Shown here: one piece after another, positions 11,514-24,393 of the stretch
Layout of the letters: each line of letters opens with the position of its first letter
How positions within the stretch are numbered: the first letter of the stretch is position 1
Source of the DNA: Phoronis australis
Lineage: Eukaryota > Animalia > Phoronida
DNA: 64,000 nt
Assembly: GCA_002633005.1 (NCBI GenBank)
Contig: NMRA01000418.1
Span: forward strand, 307,173 to 371,172
Reading direction: 5' to 3'
Notes under the pieces: generated by a model
What the model was told of the DNA's origin: nothing
Database searches by the model: none
The model's input: only the letters and a program-made list of their open reading frames with translations
Translations under genes and position numbers: made by a program

Positions 11514-12460
11514 GTATGTACATGTATGTAAGTTAGCTTTTGAGTCATGCCAGTTGCTTGAAGACAGTTTATGAAGTAAACCATGCACTTTGTAACATTT
11601 TTGAATTACCAAGAACGATTCAACAATTGTCATAAAATTGAGCTGATGTTGACGTTGCAGCCCAAACCTCTACACACAATGTCTTATCCTCATTCAACCT
11701 GACACTAAATGGGAGGTGATCCTATAACAACAGTTATGAATTGATATATTAGGGAAGATGACAGGCGTTCCAACTTCATATGTTACCTGCGTAGTCAACA
11801 GGTTTAACTAACTCTTGTTTTCTGTTACAATCGAACTTGCCTGTTTATAAGAATGACAATTCGCAAGAAAAAATTATCAACCCACTGTCAACCAGAGCAT
11901 ACCAAACTTCTGTTAGTACTGCATCACCCTCAAAAACCATGCTTCATAAGCGCTTCTCTGACACAACAGCACTCTGACAGCTAAACCAACTCTAACTTAG
12001 TATTTCGACATTTAAAAAGGCAGTGAAATTTTTGGATAATGTTTAGTCATTCAAATCGGGTGATTACCTCCAAGCGGCCTTTTCAGAACTGCCAAGCCTA
12101 TTGAAAATGTATCTTTATTGAAGAGTTCTATCATATTTTATACGTTTGACACGCTAGCGTGTAAAATTTTACACGTTTGGCAAACTAGCGTTTCACATTT
12201 TAAATGTTTGACATGCTAGCGAGGCAAATTTTACACGTTTGACAAGCTAGCGTGACCAAATTTTACACGTTTGACAAGCTAGCGTGACCAAATTTTACAC
12301 GTTTGATACGCTAGCGTGGTACATTATTACGCGTTTGACACGCTGGCGTGTAAAATTTTACTCGTTTGACACGCTAGCGTGTCACATTTTACACGTTAGC
12401 GTGGTTTATTTTGACACGTATTAAACGCTTTTTAAACGTTCGACACTAGTTTGCTCACTG
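10790..12460. mobile_element. Non-autonomous element with ~22-bp subterminal minisatellite arrays in opposite orientations (10805-11135 and 12140-12445)
   Basis: CACGCTAGCGTGTCAAACGTGGC-type repeats on the left, TTTTACACGTTTGACACGCTAGCGTG on the right; related copy at 53670-54020. Confidence 0.6.
11459..11530. repeat. (TA)n followed by (TATG)n microsatellite
   Basis: Directly visible. Confidence 0.95.
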
Positions 12461-13019
12461 AATAAAGGGTTTATTCAGTGGAACTCAGCGTTTGTCTTCA
12501 GAAACTCACCCGGGTCTCGCATGGTAAGCTAGCAGCACATAGACACATATTGTCCTGAATGGGAGTGCTCCCAATAAAAGAACTGTATGAGACGTGCCGC
12601 ACAGAAGTCAATGGTGACTTTTTCACAGCAATTATTTTACAAAACTATCCTATGTCCAATGAAATTCTCTGGATGAGTTTCCTTAATTTTTTGCGAACCC
12701 CACTCCCAGGACTACCAGATTAGTTACCGAATTAACATGGATGAACTATTCAGTAAATTTGTAACATTGCATTAGAATAGGTGTTGACACTTAGAATAAA
12801 TTTTATTTGTTGCGATCAGAAACACGTTTTAGGACTCATGAAAATTACACATTATAGAATCACTTTTAGCTCGTTTCACATATTTTAATTCAGACCTTCA
12901 ACAAGGCATAGGAATACATGTATTTCTACATATGGATATGAAGATGAAATATCAAGTACATTCTGCCTTACAAGAGTGGTTTTGTCTAGTGTTTCTTTTA
13001 TAATTCTCTAATATTTCCC

Positions 13020-14300
13020 TGTTACAGGTGCGAGAAAACAACTGAAACCAGCCATCTTACCTTCTATTTTACCTTTCAGCAAAGTGAAAAGCATTCCTTC
13101 AGCACTAACCTGAGGGAATTGAACTTCTCAATTCAGAAAGTCAGCCCTTGATATCACTGATTATTGACTTTTTACATGGGGAAAATTACTTGTTTTTAGC
13201 AATTGATGATCTTCTTGCATGCATGAGGAACTAAGTTGTGTTATAGAAAAGTTAACACTAAACTTAATTAAACTGTTCTACAGCCTTCTTAAGAAAGCTC
13301 TAAAAATAGTTGCTCACATAAAAAATCTAATGCAGTTAAAGGGAATATTTTAATTTAATGGCGGGACACTTCTCTGGGTCAACAGGAATATGAAAATTCT
13401 CAAGTATAATTGGCAATCACTTCAGATTTATAAATACGCGGCGCAAATGCACTGTATGGGGCTTTGAAACTGAAAATTTATTTCGGTTTGAATAATAAGT
13501 GACAAACTCTCCTGCTGATGAAAAATTTATTCAATCATCAAAGTGAAACATTAATGGGCTTCTTACAGACATTAAGACAATCGATGCAGTCCCTGACTGT
13601 CATTTCCGCATAATGCGTACCAAGTTGAAAAGTTTTTACCATAAGTAAAAGCCTTTCTTCTGAAAGAAAAAGTTAATGTCACTCAGTTAAAACGAACAGG
13701 AATTTATACCAGATGCTTTTGGTTTTCATTTCACTGAGATAGAGTTTCAATGGCCTGTAGAAGACCTTGTAAAAAGGTCCAATTTTAGCACGTGGGTTTC
13801 CTTCATGTAACCTCTTTTCGCCTCTGTCAATAAATTCCTCAATTTGATCCTTGAAGGTAAACACAACATCATTATAATCTCTTGACTCGTTTGGGGCCTG
13901 AAATCTGACCCTGGACTAGACCTGTTTGTAACCAGGTTTCCTTAAGCTTCAGTCCCTCATAATTCTTCCAGGAAAGGAAACATTGGCCATTGTTGTCCAC
14001 ACTTTACAAATTGTCTATGAAAGGGCATCCTCACCAATGAGTCTGACTGGTGTAGCAGTCAGATATAATTCTTCTTCACACACAAACAATCCAATGGCAC
14101 ATTTCCGTATGGTAACTTAGTGCTGCGATTCACACTTCTCCAGGGCCACTGCAGCACTACTGGTTTGTGGATGACATGCTGTGGGAAGGGAAAGGAGTTA
14201 CAAAGCTTGTCTATGTTGCAGCTTGAAGTGGTGTTAAACATGTCACTGAACCTGGAACAAATATTGAAACATGAATAATTAAGTACGTCAGGTTGGATCA
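13020..14300. mobile_element. Decayed transposon coding remnant: YqaJ/lambda-exonuclease-like fragment on the - strand (~13750-14150) and possible THAP C-terminal motif on the + strand (~13030-13080); ISL2EU-like
   Basis: Minus frame VTIRKCAIGLFVCEEELYLTATP...GYKQV...DYNDVVFTFKDQIEEFI resembles YqaJ motifs (GLFV..PYLxAxPD; YYxQVQGQ; CDFVVxT). Plus frame RKQLKPAILPSILP resembles the THAP LKxxAVPSIF motif. Many stops. Confidence 0.45.
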
Positions 14301-15907
14301 AAAACTTTGCCCTTGTTTTTCAAAAATATGATGTGGTAACTGCTTTACAAAATTATTTTAAATAATTACTATTTCCAGAAAGCAAAGGTGTATATTTACA
14401 TAATAAGTATTGGTTTGTATAGAACTGCATCTTTATTTTTCATTCCTAGCCATAACAATGCTTTAAACGCATCACTTGTCTGCAAAATATGCAAGTTATT
14501 TGAGGCAACTTCAAACCGTTGTTACTATTTTCAAGCCTTTTGATTTTGGATACTTTCAGCAATTATAAACACCAATCACAGACTCATGGGTCTGTCAAGC
14601 ACACTTCTGGTGTACGGCTGAGGGATCCGTTTCTCAGACATTTTATCTTTCTTCTAATAGAAGATATGAAAACTTGGGTCACTTAAAATTATGGATAATC
14701 TTTCTGTTGTTTATGAATGATTAAAAATCCTGAGGCACCATTGTTTTCGTAATGGCAGTAAGAATTAAACATTCAAACACGATCTCACTCGTATGTTCAC
14801 ATTAAAATTGCAATTTTCAGAAAAACGACAGTCATATGAATTTATAAACGACTTGCTATATTTTGGGATGAGTTAAGACTGTTGGCAGTTGTTGAGAATT
14901 CAGACAATATAATATATTTTAGCAGTTTACAGTGGAGAAGCAAAACAGTTTCATAAAACGTGAAAGAACTTCAAGATATTTAAAAAGTACCTCACCATGT
15001 TCTTTCTCCCGAACGCTATTACTTATTATTATCACACATTCAGTTGCACCAAAAAGATCCCGAGTGCAACGTCCAGAATCGTAACACACATCACAACAAA
15101 CAATGATTAACCCGACTGGCGACTGCCGCGAAGTCGACATCGGTCAGTACCTCGATTAACAGGTATCACTATTTTAAACATGGAATAGTCGTTAAAATAA
15201 TCACAATCCTTACCTTTGGATAGGGTCATGCATACTTCCTCTCATAGAAGCACCCTAATGGCGCAATCTCAGATTCATTTTGCACGACTGCAAGCCATTT
15301 CACCATGCTCGCGAAATCTAACACCACTGGTACACGCGCACCCTCTAGGTAATGTAAATATTGTCGAATAGCAACTACATTGCAACAAAGTCACATGTGC
15401 TTAAAATTGGGCGTTGAAGATAACACAAGTTAAATGTTTGTTAAATTACAAATAATTGTAAAACTTGCGTGTTGCTCAAAACAAGCAATATGAAAGCAAA
15501 AATACAATTGATAATGCAACAAAAATTTGAACGGAACACTAGTTTATTGACGACTTCAGGAATCCCCTTTTCCACTTGGAATTTCTGATTTCTACATGGA
15601 AATTATGGCAATTTTCTTAGTGTCAAAAGGTGCAAAATATGGTGTACAGTGATGAACTTTTCTGGTCCAGGAATGCACGAGAACAACAGATGAAGCAACA
15701 CGCTGGTGAAAGAAAAAAAATGTACTGCCAAGGGTGTTTAGAAAATACATCTCCGTGTATCTCAAAGGTTACAATACAATAATTTCTTCAACACAACCAG
15801 ACTTGAACTCCATCTCCTGAGTAATGTCTTGTTACAGGCTAACCTATGAAATGCATACTATCATCTACAACTGAATAAGCCGCCTAGCAGTTTAAATAGC
15901 AACTTAC

Positions 15908-16225
15908 CGGTCTCCAGTGCCGCAGTTTCAGCAGACAAAGTAGCGTGCCTGTTGGATACTAAACATCTGAACTGTAGGCCTACAGCTTTATTCCAGTTGA
16001 CCGTCAGTGTGCTGATACCGGTCGTGGTTCCATCATTGTTGCTGTCAGTAGTCATGGTAACATTCTCAGTTATGTTTGTGTATGCAGCGTTACCAATCCG
16101 TCGTGACCACACCATAGATGCCTGTGGTTTGCCCAAGTTTGCTTCACATTGTATGACAGTTGGTCCTGCTCCACCAACAACAGGCTGCGTCGGGGCACCA
16201 GATATAGATGGTGTGCCTGGGAGGT
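15908..16225 (-). CDS. Gene A Ig domain 2 exon (C2/I-set-like): (Y)LPGTPSISGAPTQPVVGGAGPTVIQCEANLGKPQASMVWSRR...STLTVNWNKAVGLQFRCLVSNRHATLSAETAALET
   Basis: tttacctag| acceptor, G|gtaagt donor, 318 nt, phase 1-1. Canonical B-strand Cys, C-strand Trp and F-strand FRC; paralog at 61577-61888. Confidence 0.9.
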
Positions 16226-17477
16226 CTAGGTAAACAAGAATAAATGCACTACAGCATCAATTTATCAATCTAGTAACAACTGATCATGAAGATACCATAA
16301 CCATACTTGCGCAATGTTAAGGCCTGCACTGAAATGCATCATTTGTCATCAAACATGCTATCTCAGTGGAGTCCTACGGTTGCGCAACAAGAAAAACGCT
16401 GGGCCATTAACACGAGCCCGCGAGCCCACGGTGCATCACCTACGATGCTGAGGTAACCATGAATTCTTCTTGCGTTTTGCAATCACTACCGAAATTCCAG
16501 TTACAGTAGACACATTATTTATGGCATGTACTATTATTTATCCCATATACTTCGAATAAGAGTGCAATACAGTCATGTAACATTGTTTTCTCTATTGCAC
16601 TCCTGGAACTACTTTAACAGTGGCCACTGACATGGAAAGTTTAAAAGGTAAGTCAATGTCGACTGGACGTCGTTAGGCGGTTGGCAGGGGTAAGTTTAAT
16701 ACCATCTCGCCCAGTCACCTACGAACAAGGGTGCTACTAGGCCTGTAGAAGTTCACTTGCCGATAGCCCAATTTTCCAATCTCGAAAACACTTGAACGTT
16801 TCCCAGATGAAAATGAATCAATTTGCTCTTTCCTGTGCTGTTTTTTCTCCTAAATCGCGTCTCGGTTTTCTGCCAGTATAACATCGACGCAGTGCGCCCG
16901 AACCGTCAGTAGATGTTAACCGTTATGCAAGTGTATTACCATATTTCTTGGAACTGACTTTTTACTGTACAGTGTAATTTTAGCCAACATTATTTAACAG
17001 GAGCAACGCAGAGCATCTAATTTGCAGAAAGGGCGCCTTGGTTTCAAATCACAGGAGGCTGTGTTCAGCTAGTGTATATCATCTTGCGTAGCCGGCCTGC
17101 TAGCAAAATGAAGATTGTTTTCAAAATACAACAAGGTACATGTACTACATGTACCACTGTGTTTTGAGCTCCTACAGACATCGAAATTGCACACAGCAAG
17201 GGTAGTTCTGCTTGTCACCTCGCTATGAAACTTGTATGAACATGTAGAGCTATAAAGACTGACGGCAGTGCATGCAAAACCTGAGAGTCAACCGACAGTC
17301 AACTTGCTTGTTACAACAGTTTAAGTGAAAATGAATCTAATCATTCTTCACGTTTTGTAACAAAGAAGAGAACGCTTTGAAAACAGTACACTAGTGACAT
17401 GCGCACGCACCTTCCTAAAATTCTACAACTCTCGGGACATGAATTAAGGCAGCTTCGCAGAAGTAAATCTTTTTCAG

Positions 17478-18816
17478 AAATTTGGCAACCTTTTTCATGT
17501 CATTTTTAGTAAAAATGTGGTTGGTTGATAACCCCAGATATGTTTCCACCTAATAATTACCGTAATTTCTTTAATTAGTCACATCTTACTCCGGAAAGGG
17601 GTTAAAAATTTTCCGCCATTTTGCTTTCATATACATGTAGTTCAACTACAGTGTATGTGAGCTTTCAATTCAGTCATTATTTTGCCTCGATTGTGATAAG
17701 TTCGGTCATCATTTGCGTTTGTTTATGAGTCAGTCAACATGCCGCGCGATTGTTGCTTACCGGGGTGTACTCATTATTGTCTCACGCTAACGCATGGTAA
17801 GCCATCACATTGCTTCTCAAAATATGACACTCTCCGCAATACTAATGCAGCGTTTTCCGTCCACGCAACGTACCATTCAGTTGATAATTACTGAGTGCAT
17901 TTTTGAAGCGAGAAACCTCGCGAGCTGTGGCCTCTTCAGCGACTGTAATCCCTTCCCTCAAACGTAACGCAGAGCATGCAATTACGGGAAATAGCAGTGA
18001 TTCACATGAGTTGGTGATTTCTCCAGCACAGAGCAACGATGTTAAATAGTGGGAGTGAATACAGGCCCAGTTCGACACCCATGCAGTGAGGAGGATAGTT
18101 CGTCATCCACTTAACAGACTGGTGTTCCAAACTTTGATAAGGTTAATGTGCCTTGACTAAAGTATCGGAGCTATATAGATGTTGCCAGGTGCGTGACAAG
18201 AGAGTCACGAGGCGGGATGTCAGCGGTTTCGGTGCCCAGGTCAGCATCCAGTGGGAACAGCATAGGCATCCTATAGAGGTCGGTATAACAGTGCACACCG
18301 GGCACTTGCTCTAAGAGGTCCCACGACGTCTGTCCAAACCAGGGTGCGCCTCGTCGTGCTTATCGTGCCTCACTATACTTGAGTTGAAACATTATCCACC
18401 CACGGACTGTTTGTTTCCTCGTCACACTTTTATGTACAATGTCTTCGTCACTCACGTCACTGCGTCTGTGGTGTGGGTCGCCAACACCAGCCATATGATT
18501 TTCAGGCTACTAAAAACTAAACGAGAATAAATCCGACGCAGTTGAGTTCTCTAACAATCTAGCTTGTCGCAGAATACTCGTCAATGAGAAGTGGTGCCAA
18601 TTTTACGACGAAAACATCACGAAACAAGAGTGGAACACTGAGATACTCATAGTAAACTTGAACTCAGAAACAAAATGGAGAGAATAAGCCCCCTAAATGT
18701 GATTTCCTGAGTAGGGCACCACTAATTAAATGAATGTAGGAGAAGACATGATAAACTGGAATAATCCACGAACCGCATTTTCCCTAGAAATTACATGACA
18801 AAGTTGGGCTTCTCCT
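17478..18816. mobile_element. Internally deleted Kolobok-like DNA transposon with long imperfect TIRs and a THAP N-terminal remnant
   Basis: Right end ...GGGCTTCTCCT followed by TTAA; its reverse complement resembles 17480-17630. ATG at 17739 gives MPRDCCLPGCTHY...HCFSKYDTLR, resembling THAP CxxxxC/HxFP. Confidence 0.5.
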
Positions 18817-20541
18817 TTAAAATGCCAAAAACTTATGTGTTGTGGCGTCTAAGCAACCTTGTCAAACACCAACAGTTGATTGAAGTATCTGAGAAACAAG
18901 AAAATGACAATATTTCATGGCACCAAAAGCCAATCCAAAAGATCAAACCTCAATTTTGGCCGCAGAATAACGGTGGAACGCCAATTTTTTCAACAACGGT
19001 AAATAAATTTATTTTTAGTGTACTCAAAGAGGAGTGTAGTTTTGAACAACACAAAGTCTGTGTCATAAATTATCCGCTCACATTTTACCCACGTCAGCAT
19101 CAACCTCTAGTAGGTCAACACTATACAGCTTTGCGCCAGGGCTACGTCCTGCGTTGCTGGGAATTCTACGTAAAAAGTTTCTTGGTAGGAATTCTGCATT
19201 TTGTAAGAACGATGCTAACCCTAAAAGATGGTGACATCGCTGTACGAAACGACCATTTTTATTGACCTCAACAGCAAGTTTGTGGTGACCCATCGCAGGC
19301 TCCGCCCCCTTGTATAAAGTCACGTGACACCAGAGAAACACACATGATGTGGGAGGCAAATACACTGCCCTGCCTGGTAGAATCCATGAGTGTTTTTTTT
19401 TTTTTCGTCGACAAAGACAACAGGCGATGCTTTTCAGTTGAAAATCGTACATTCCTGATTAGAGAATTTGTCAAGGCGACGTTGAAAAAATAAGTGTTCG
19501 AGGACAAGTAATTCATAGCCAGCGAAGATCCGAAGAACATCAAAGGGAGTTCAAGTTCACAAGAACACTGACAAGACCACTAGTGCGATATATTCCTGTA
19601 AAGATGGGTATGCACGGTGCCATGTAGTTCAGGATATTTCGAACAAAATCAGTTAAAATTCATCGATAGATTTGCATTCTGCCGTCTGCTATATTCCGCC
19701 AAATGAAAAGTAGGTCACAACTGATGGGATTCCCCGTGTAAAGTACATCGAGTCCATAGCACTGTATATACTTTTCCAAACTTTGAACGAAATATTTTAA
19801 TTAAAAAAATCAAGCTCATAGCTCAATCACAAACATGTACTCATCTTGTCCTAAGCAAGCAGTTATAGCTCCGGTCGGTCTAGGGCTGGTTCCAATTCAA
19901 TATAGGGCATCAGATTGGCCGTAATCGCACCATTAAGACAACATTAAGTTACGTCAACTTGCTCATGAACATAACATTTTTGTAATTTCATTGCATAATG
20001 GTAGATTTCATTCAATTTAAGGGTAACATAATCCCTAAGCAGAGGAATGGTTCACAAAATATATGAAAAGTCTGGTGTAGTAACAAGAATGGCCATTCAC
20101 GAAAATAACTAAAATTGGCATAAAAAGTTATTTGATGTGTCACTTAGATCAAATTAATTATGTTTTTCACTTCATGTTAGCAAACTGAATCCTCAAAAAC
20201 TAAGGAAAAGCGTGGTCTTAACTCTTTAAAAAATTGTTGGCTGCTAAGAAAGTTAGAAATTCGAAGCGTATTGGATTACCTTGATTGGCGTGGATGAAGT
20301 ACGTCTAATATGCCACATGGCACATCATGCGCGGAACAATGCAACAAGTAAAACTTCATATTGCCAAATTTTGCAGTTTTCAGCATGCTTATTTTCCGTA
20401 AACGTTATACAAAACATTTTTTTAGGTTTCCCCTATTTGCAGGTAGTTAACGAGCCTTTAAATCTGTAAAATGTCAATATTGGAATCAATTTTGCTGCAA
20501 GATAACAGAAGACATGCATCCAACACCAAAACATTACTTAC

Positions 20542-20916
20542 ACTCTACAACAAGCTGGCTTACTGCAGTTTTACTAACGATGTTGTCAGCTATCACTTGC
20601 AAAGTGTACTGGCTTTCATCATCGGGTGTACATGTAACTTGCGACAAAGTGATGGTGAAGTTAGTTTTTCCATTAGAGTAGTCAGTAGAACAACGAGATG
20701 CATAACTTCCAACACATCCTCCATCAGCCTCAATTCTTTGTGTTTGTACTACTATAGGCGCCATAAAAACAATCTTGCCATCTTCTTTCTTCAACTCTAT
20801 TAGGCTTAATTTTTCATCACTGCCCAGCGCATAACCTATCCGAAACTCAGCATTACTACCATTGAGGCCAATGACTTTAGGACTTACAGACACACTAAGG
20901 GCAAAAACAGCAACAT
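20542..20916 (-). CDS. Gene A Ig domain 1 exon (atypical V-set-like): (D)VAVFALSVSVSPKVIGLNGSNAEFRIGY...FTITLSQVTCTPDDESQYTLQVIADNIVSKTAVSQLVVE
   Basis: ttttggtctttcag| acceptor, GAGT|gtaagt donor, 375 nt, phase 1-1. V-type pattern (G-x-x-A-x-F-x-I, ITLSQV, DESQY); joins the next exon as VVE-Y-LPGTP. Confidence 0.85.
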
Positions 20917-22485
20917 CTGAAAGACCAAAAAAGAAGGAATTAACATTACCGAAAACTTGCAAATTCACGCCATAGGCGCTTAAATTGGGAAACCCTGAGA
21001 CATGGAGGTGGGTGATTCAAGTCGGTGGGTGGGCGTCAGGGCAATTACCCTAGCAGTGGCAGCTTACATCCCAATTGGGCAAGCGCGCGATTTTTTCATT
21101 TAATCCTGGGACACATATTGTCGTTCAATAAGCAGACCACAAAGTTTGTCATGGCAGAAACAGGTTTTCGACTTCGAAAGTAACATTATTAATATGTTTT
21201 GGGTAAGGTATAGATTTGTTGCATGCATTTTTTATGGCCCTAAGTGGGCATAAAAAGTGCAGAACCGTTCTGCACACTTTGAGACTAAATAGGATAGTCT
21301 CGTATGAAAAAATCGCCTTCAGTCTGAATGTCTAAGCTTGTTTCAGGAAAATCAGGCTAAGACAGTCACAGTCGAAAAAGAAACAGATATGGTAAAACTT
21401 CAACAGCTACAGTATTTAGCACACAATATGGCATACAAGGGAAATTTGATTTTGTCAAATTTTTCAAGAGGAATAGATATTCACAAACTGTTATTCTATT
21501 GTTAGCTTACTACATGTATGTAGTGTGTAGATGTAACAAAACAACATTTGGTAATTCAAAGCTTTTTTATAATTTTCTGCTAAGCAATCAGCCTTTGAAA
21601 AATGGAAATTGACAATTCTGGTGATTATTTTTGTGCTAAATAAGTGATAATTGAAGTTACCGTAACTTCTTCGAAAAATGGGCTCAGTACATGTACATTG
21701 TAGTTGGCTAGGTTCGGCTTGGCCACAGCTGTGAGCTATTCCACCAATACTGCGCATTGTCCTGCTGCAAAACTTGCCTGAGGGTTATGTAGTCACCGAC
21801 CCTATTAAAATGTCCGTGGCCAACTTCCAAACGTCATATCTTGGAATTGCTGATCAGGTCATATGGAACTTTCACATACTATGCTTTATGAAATACTCTC
21901 CAAAATCCTATTAGGAACGTTTAAAATGGTCAATTTGACATGAGGGCTTATCAAAACATGAACTTAAAAGGTTTTACATAAGTGTTTGACATTTTCTTAG
22001 TGTACCAGAATGCTATGACCCACAAATGAAATAGCTGTCTCTAAAAAGACTGACTGTTGATGTAGCTATCTCTAAAAAGAGGCTGACTGTGCATAGATAG
22101 CCACAATTGAGCTACCTACAGTGTATCTGTAACCAAACGACTGGCTGTGCATAGATGGACATAAATTTGTCATGCTGATAATGTTGGCATGCTGCAACTA
22201 ACAGGGATAGCAATGGCTTCGTTATCTACCTTCTCTGTTTTGTTCCTTGACTGTTTACACATGACCTTCTGTTATAGTTTTGCTTATGGGTTTGGATTCG
22301 GTGACTGTGGCCATGCTGGTCCTGTTCCTCTGTGTTCTGCCGTTACTTGGACTCACGTTGATCTGTTCATGGTACCACCGGGAGAAGATAAAGAAATACT
22401 GGATCAGCAGAACACTGGGCAGGAAGTATCAGCACGTGTTTAAGTGAACTATAGTCAGTTTGGATTTTGTGTAAATGTAATGAGT

Positions 22486-22640
22486 AAAGCCAGCATACCA
22501 GTTACGATTGTTTATCAAGAGGTGTCGTGATTGTTTTTCAGTAACATGTTGTCGTGTCGACGGAACCAGCACACAAGAAATGATTTTTTATTGCCGACAT
22601 TGTTATCAATGAGAAATCGTATTGTGTACGCTGGCCTTCA
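22486..22640. mobile_element. Small MITE with imperfect terminal inverted repeats
   Basis: AAAGCCAGCATACCAGTTACGATT ... AATCGTATTGTGTACGCTGGCCTT. Confidence 0.5.
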
Positions 22641-24253
22641 GTAATTAGAAGTCTTCAGCAAGAGTTGAGCAGTGCACGGAGTGCTCAAGCAGTCTCAGTG
22701 AGTTAGTATTAGCTCAAGGAAGACTTACCATACTTGATGCACCAGAAAGAAAACTCATTACTAATGTACTTTAGTAGTGCTTGTCTGTGACAATGTTTAT
22801 TTGAATATTACGTAAAAATAGATGCACTGCTACAGTATGTTACCTGTCTTATGGATGGTAAGTAGAGTCTAAAAGCCATTATTTTTGTGGCCGGCAACAT
22901 TCATTTGTAAACATGGCTGTAATTCGGGAGCACGTTTTCCGGTATGCAAAATTGATTAAATACACGACGCTTTTCATTATTAATAGTATAAACATGAAAA
23001 ATGGCTGTGGATTGCTGACTGGCTCATTGGCTTGCCAGTGTCTACTTTAACGAGTTGGCATGACGACGTGTCATTTTGAATTCTTTATTTTTAGGCAATC
23101 ACTTCGCTCTGTGAAAACAGAAACAAGATTGAACAAACCCCGGCCTGCTGCGCCACTCAGACCACATAACCCATACCCTCAGCACCACCGGCGAGGGGCG
23201 AAAGTTTCCGCAACAAAAAGATTTCCCAGCCAATGCTGACAAGAAATACCAACGAAGCCTCAGATAGTAATTTGGCTCAAATGGCTCCTACACGTTATTA
23301 AAGAAAGCCCCGCCTCTTCCTGCCAATCCGCCTCCCGCCAGTCGCCATGTTGCTCCACCCAGGTCACAGTCTATGGCTGTTGCCCTACTGTCGCAGATCA
23401 AATCTCAACATATCCTAGGACCTCAAGGAAATCCAGTCAGGAAAAGTAGTTACTCCTACATTAGCGCGCTGCAAAATGTCATACCACGTAGCTTTATGAA
23501 ACTCGACTGGCCCTCCACTTAACGTAACAGCAAGTGCTGTTTCAGATCAGTGAATGGGTCTACATTTCGTTTACAGCGCCTGTAAATTGTTCGTGTTTTT
23601 CGTGCGACTGCGTTTAGTGGGAACGCTACCGGTCTCATCTCGTCGTTGTTAATGTCGTCGATAAACTATTGATTCACTCTATAGTTTATCTGGCTTTGGA
23701 TTAAAAACACGGACGATTCGTTCCTGGTCGACAAAAAACGTTTGGAATTACAACGAGAGTGTAGTGTGAAAGTTGCACAATTTAAATCTGAGGAAATATA
23801 CATGTATCTCAGTATCAACATCACGCGCTCTACGAGAGGGGGTTTGATTAATTGGTCAATTCAAGTATGGGTTGACCCATGAAACAAAAAGGGAGTTGAT
23901 TGATTGGTCAATTCAAATATGGGTCAACCCAGGAGAAAACTGTACCACACAAATGCTCCGTCTGGAAAAAAGTCGATGTTTCGAAGTTTTACCTGTTCTA
24001 GCCAAACACTCAAAAACTTGATCTACTGAACTCGAAAATGCAACGAAAAGGAAGCCCGACTACACTAGATAATTCTAAAACTTGTCTCCTAGACAAAGAT
24101 ACAATGTGCATCGGTGTCGACCACAGCGTCGTACATATGTAAGCACTCTCGTACAAGACTAGCGTCACATCTATAAAAATCTACGAAGTAGGCCTATATT
24201 AAGCCGGCGATCTGGTATTCAGAAGTGAAGGGACTTTAATCAGTAACACTCAC

Positions 24254-24299
24254 CCTTAAAAAACGCACTCAAAACTGCATAAACAAACAGCGATATCAT
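24254..24299 (-). CDS. Gene A first coding exon: signal peptide MISLFVYAVLSAFFK(D)
   Basis: ATG at 24299 with an in-frame upstream TGA; 46 nt; AAGG|gtgagt donor. Phase 1 joins the V exon to give MISLFVYAVLSAFFKDVAVFA-LSVS, a typical hydrophobic leader. Confidence 0.8.
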
Positions 24300-24361
24300 A
24301 TCTCAGCCTCGCATTTAGCAACACGGTTTTCACATTCGAAATGACAAGAACGCCACGACTT

Positions 24362-24393
24362 TGAATTGAGCGTGCATAGCGCGTGCATTTATA
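24362..24393 (-). promoter_or_regulatory. Putative core promoter of gene A: TATAAAT box plus Inr-like TCAATT
   Basis: Minus-strand TATAAAT at 24393-24387, TCAATTC about 26-31 nt downstream, and the ATG about 65 nt further on. Confidence 0.55.

Noticed and set aside
18795-19543. Overlapping ORFs of 156, 124 and 91 aa
   Set aside because: No recognisable motifs or splice support; they overlap TE-like sequence.
21788-22834. Possible solo LTR (TGTAG...CTACA)
   Set aside because: Flanks (GTTA vs GTAT) give no clean TSD and there is no second copy in the window.
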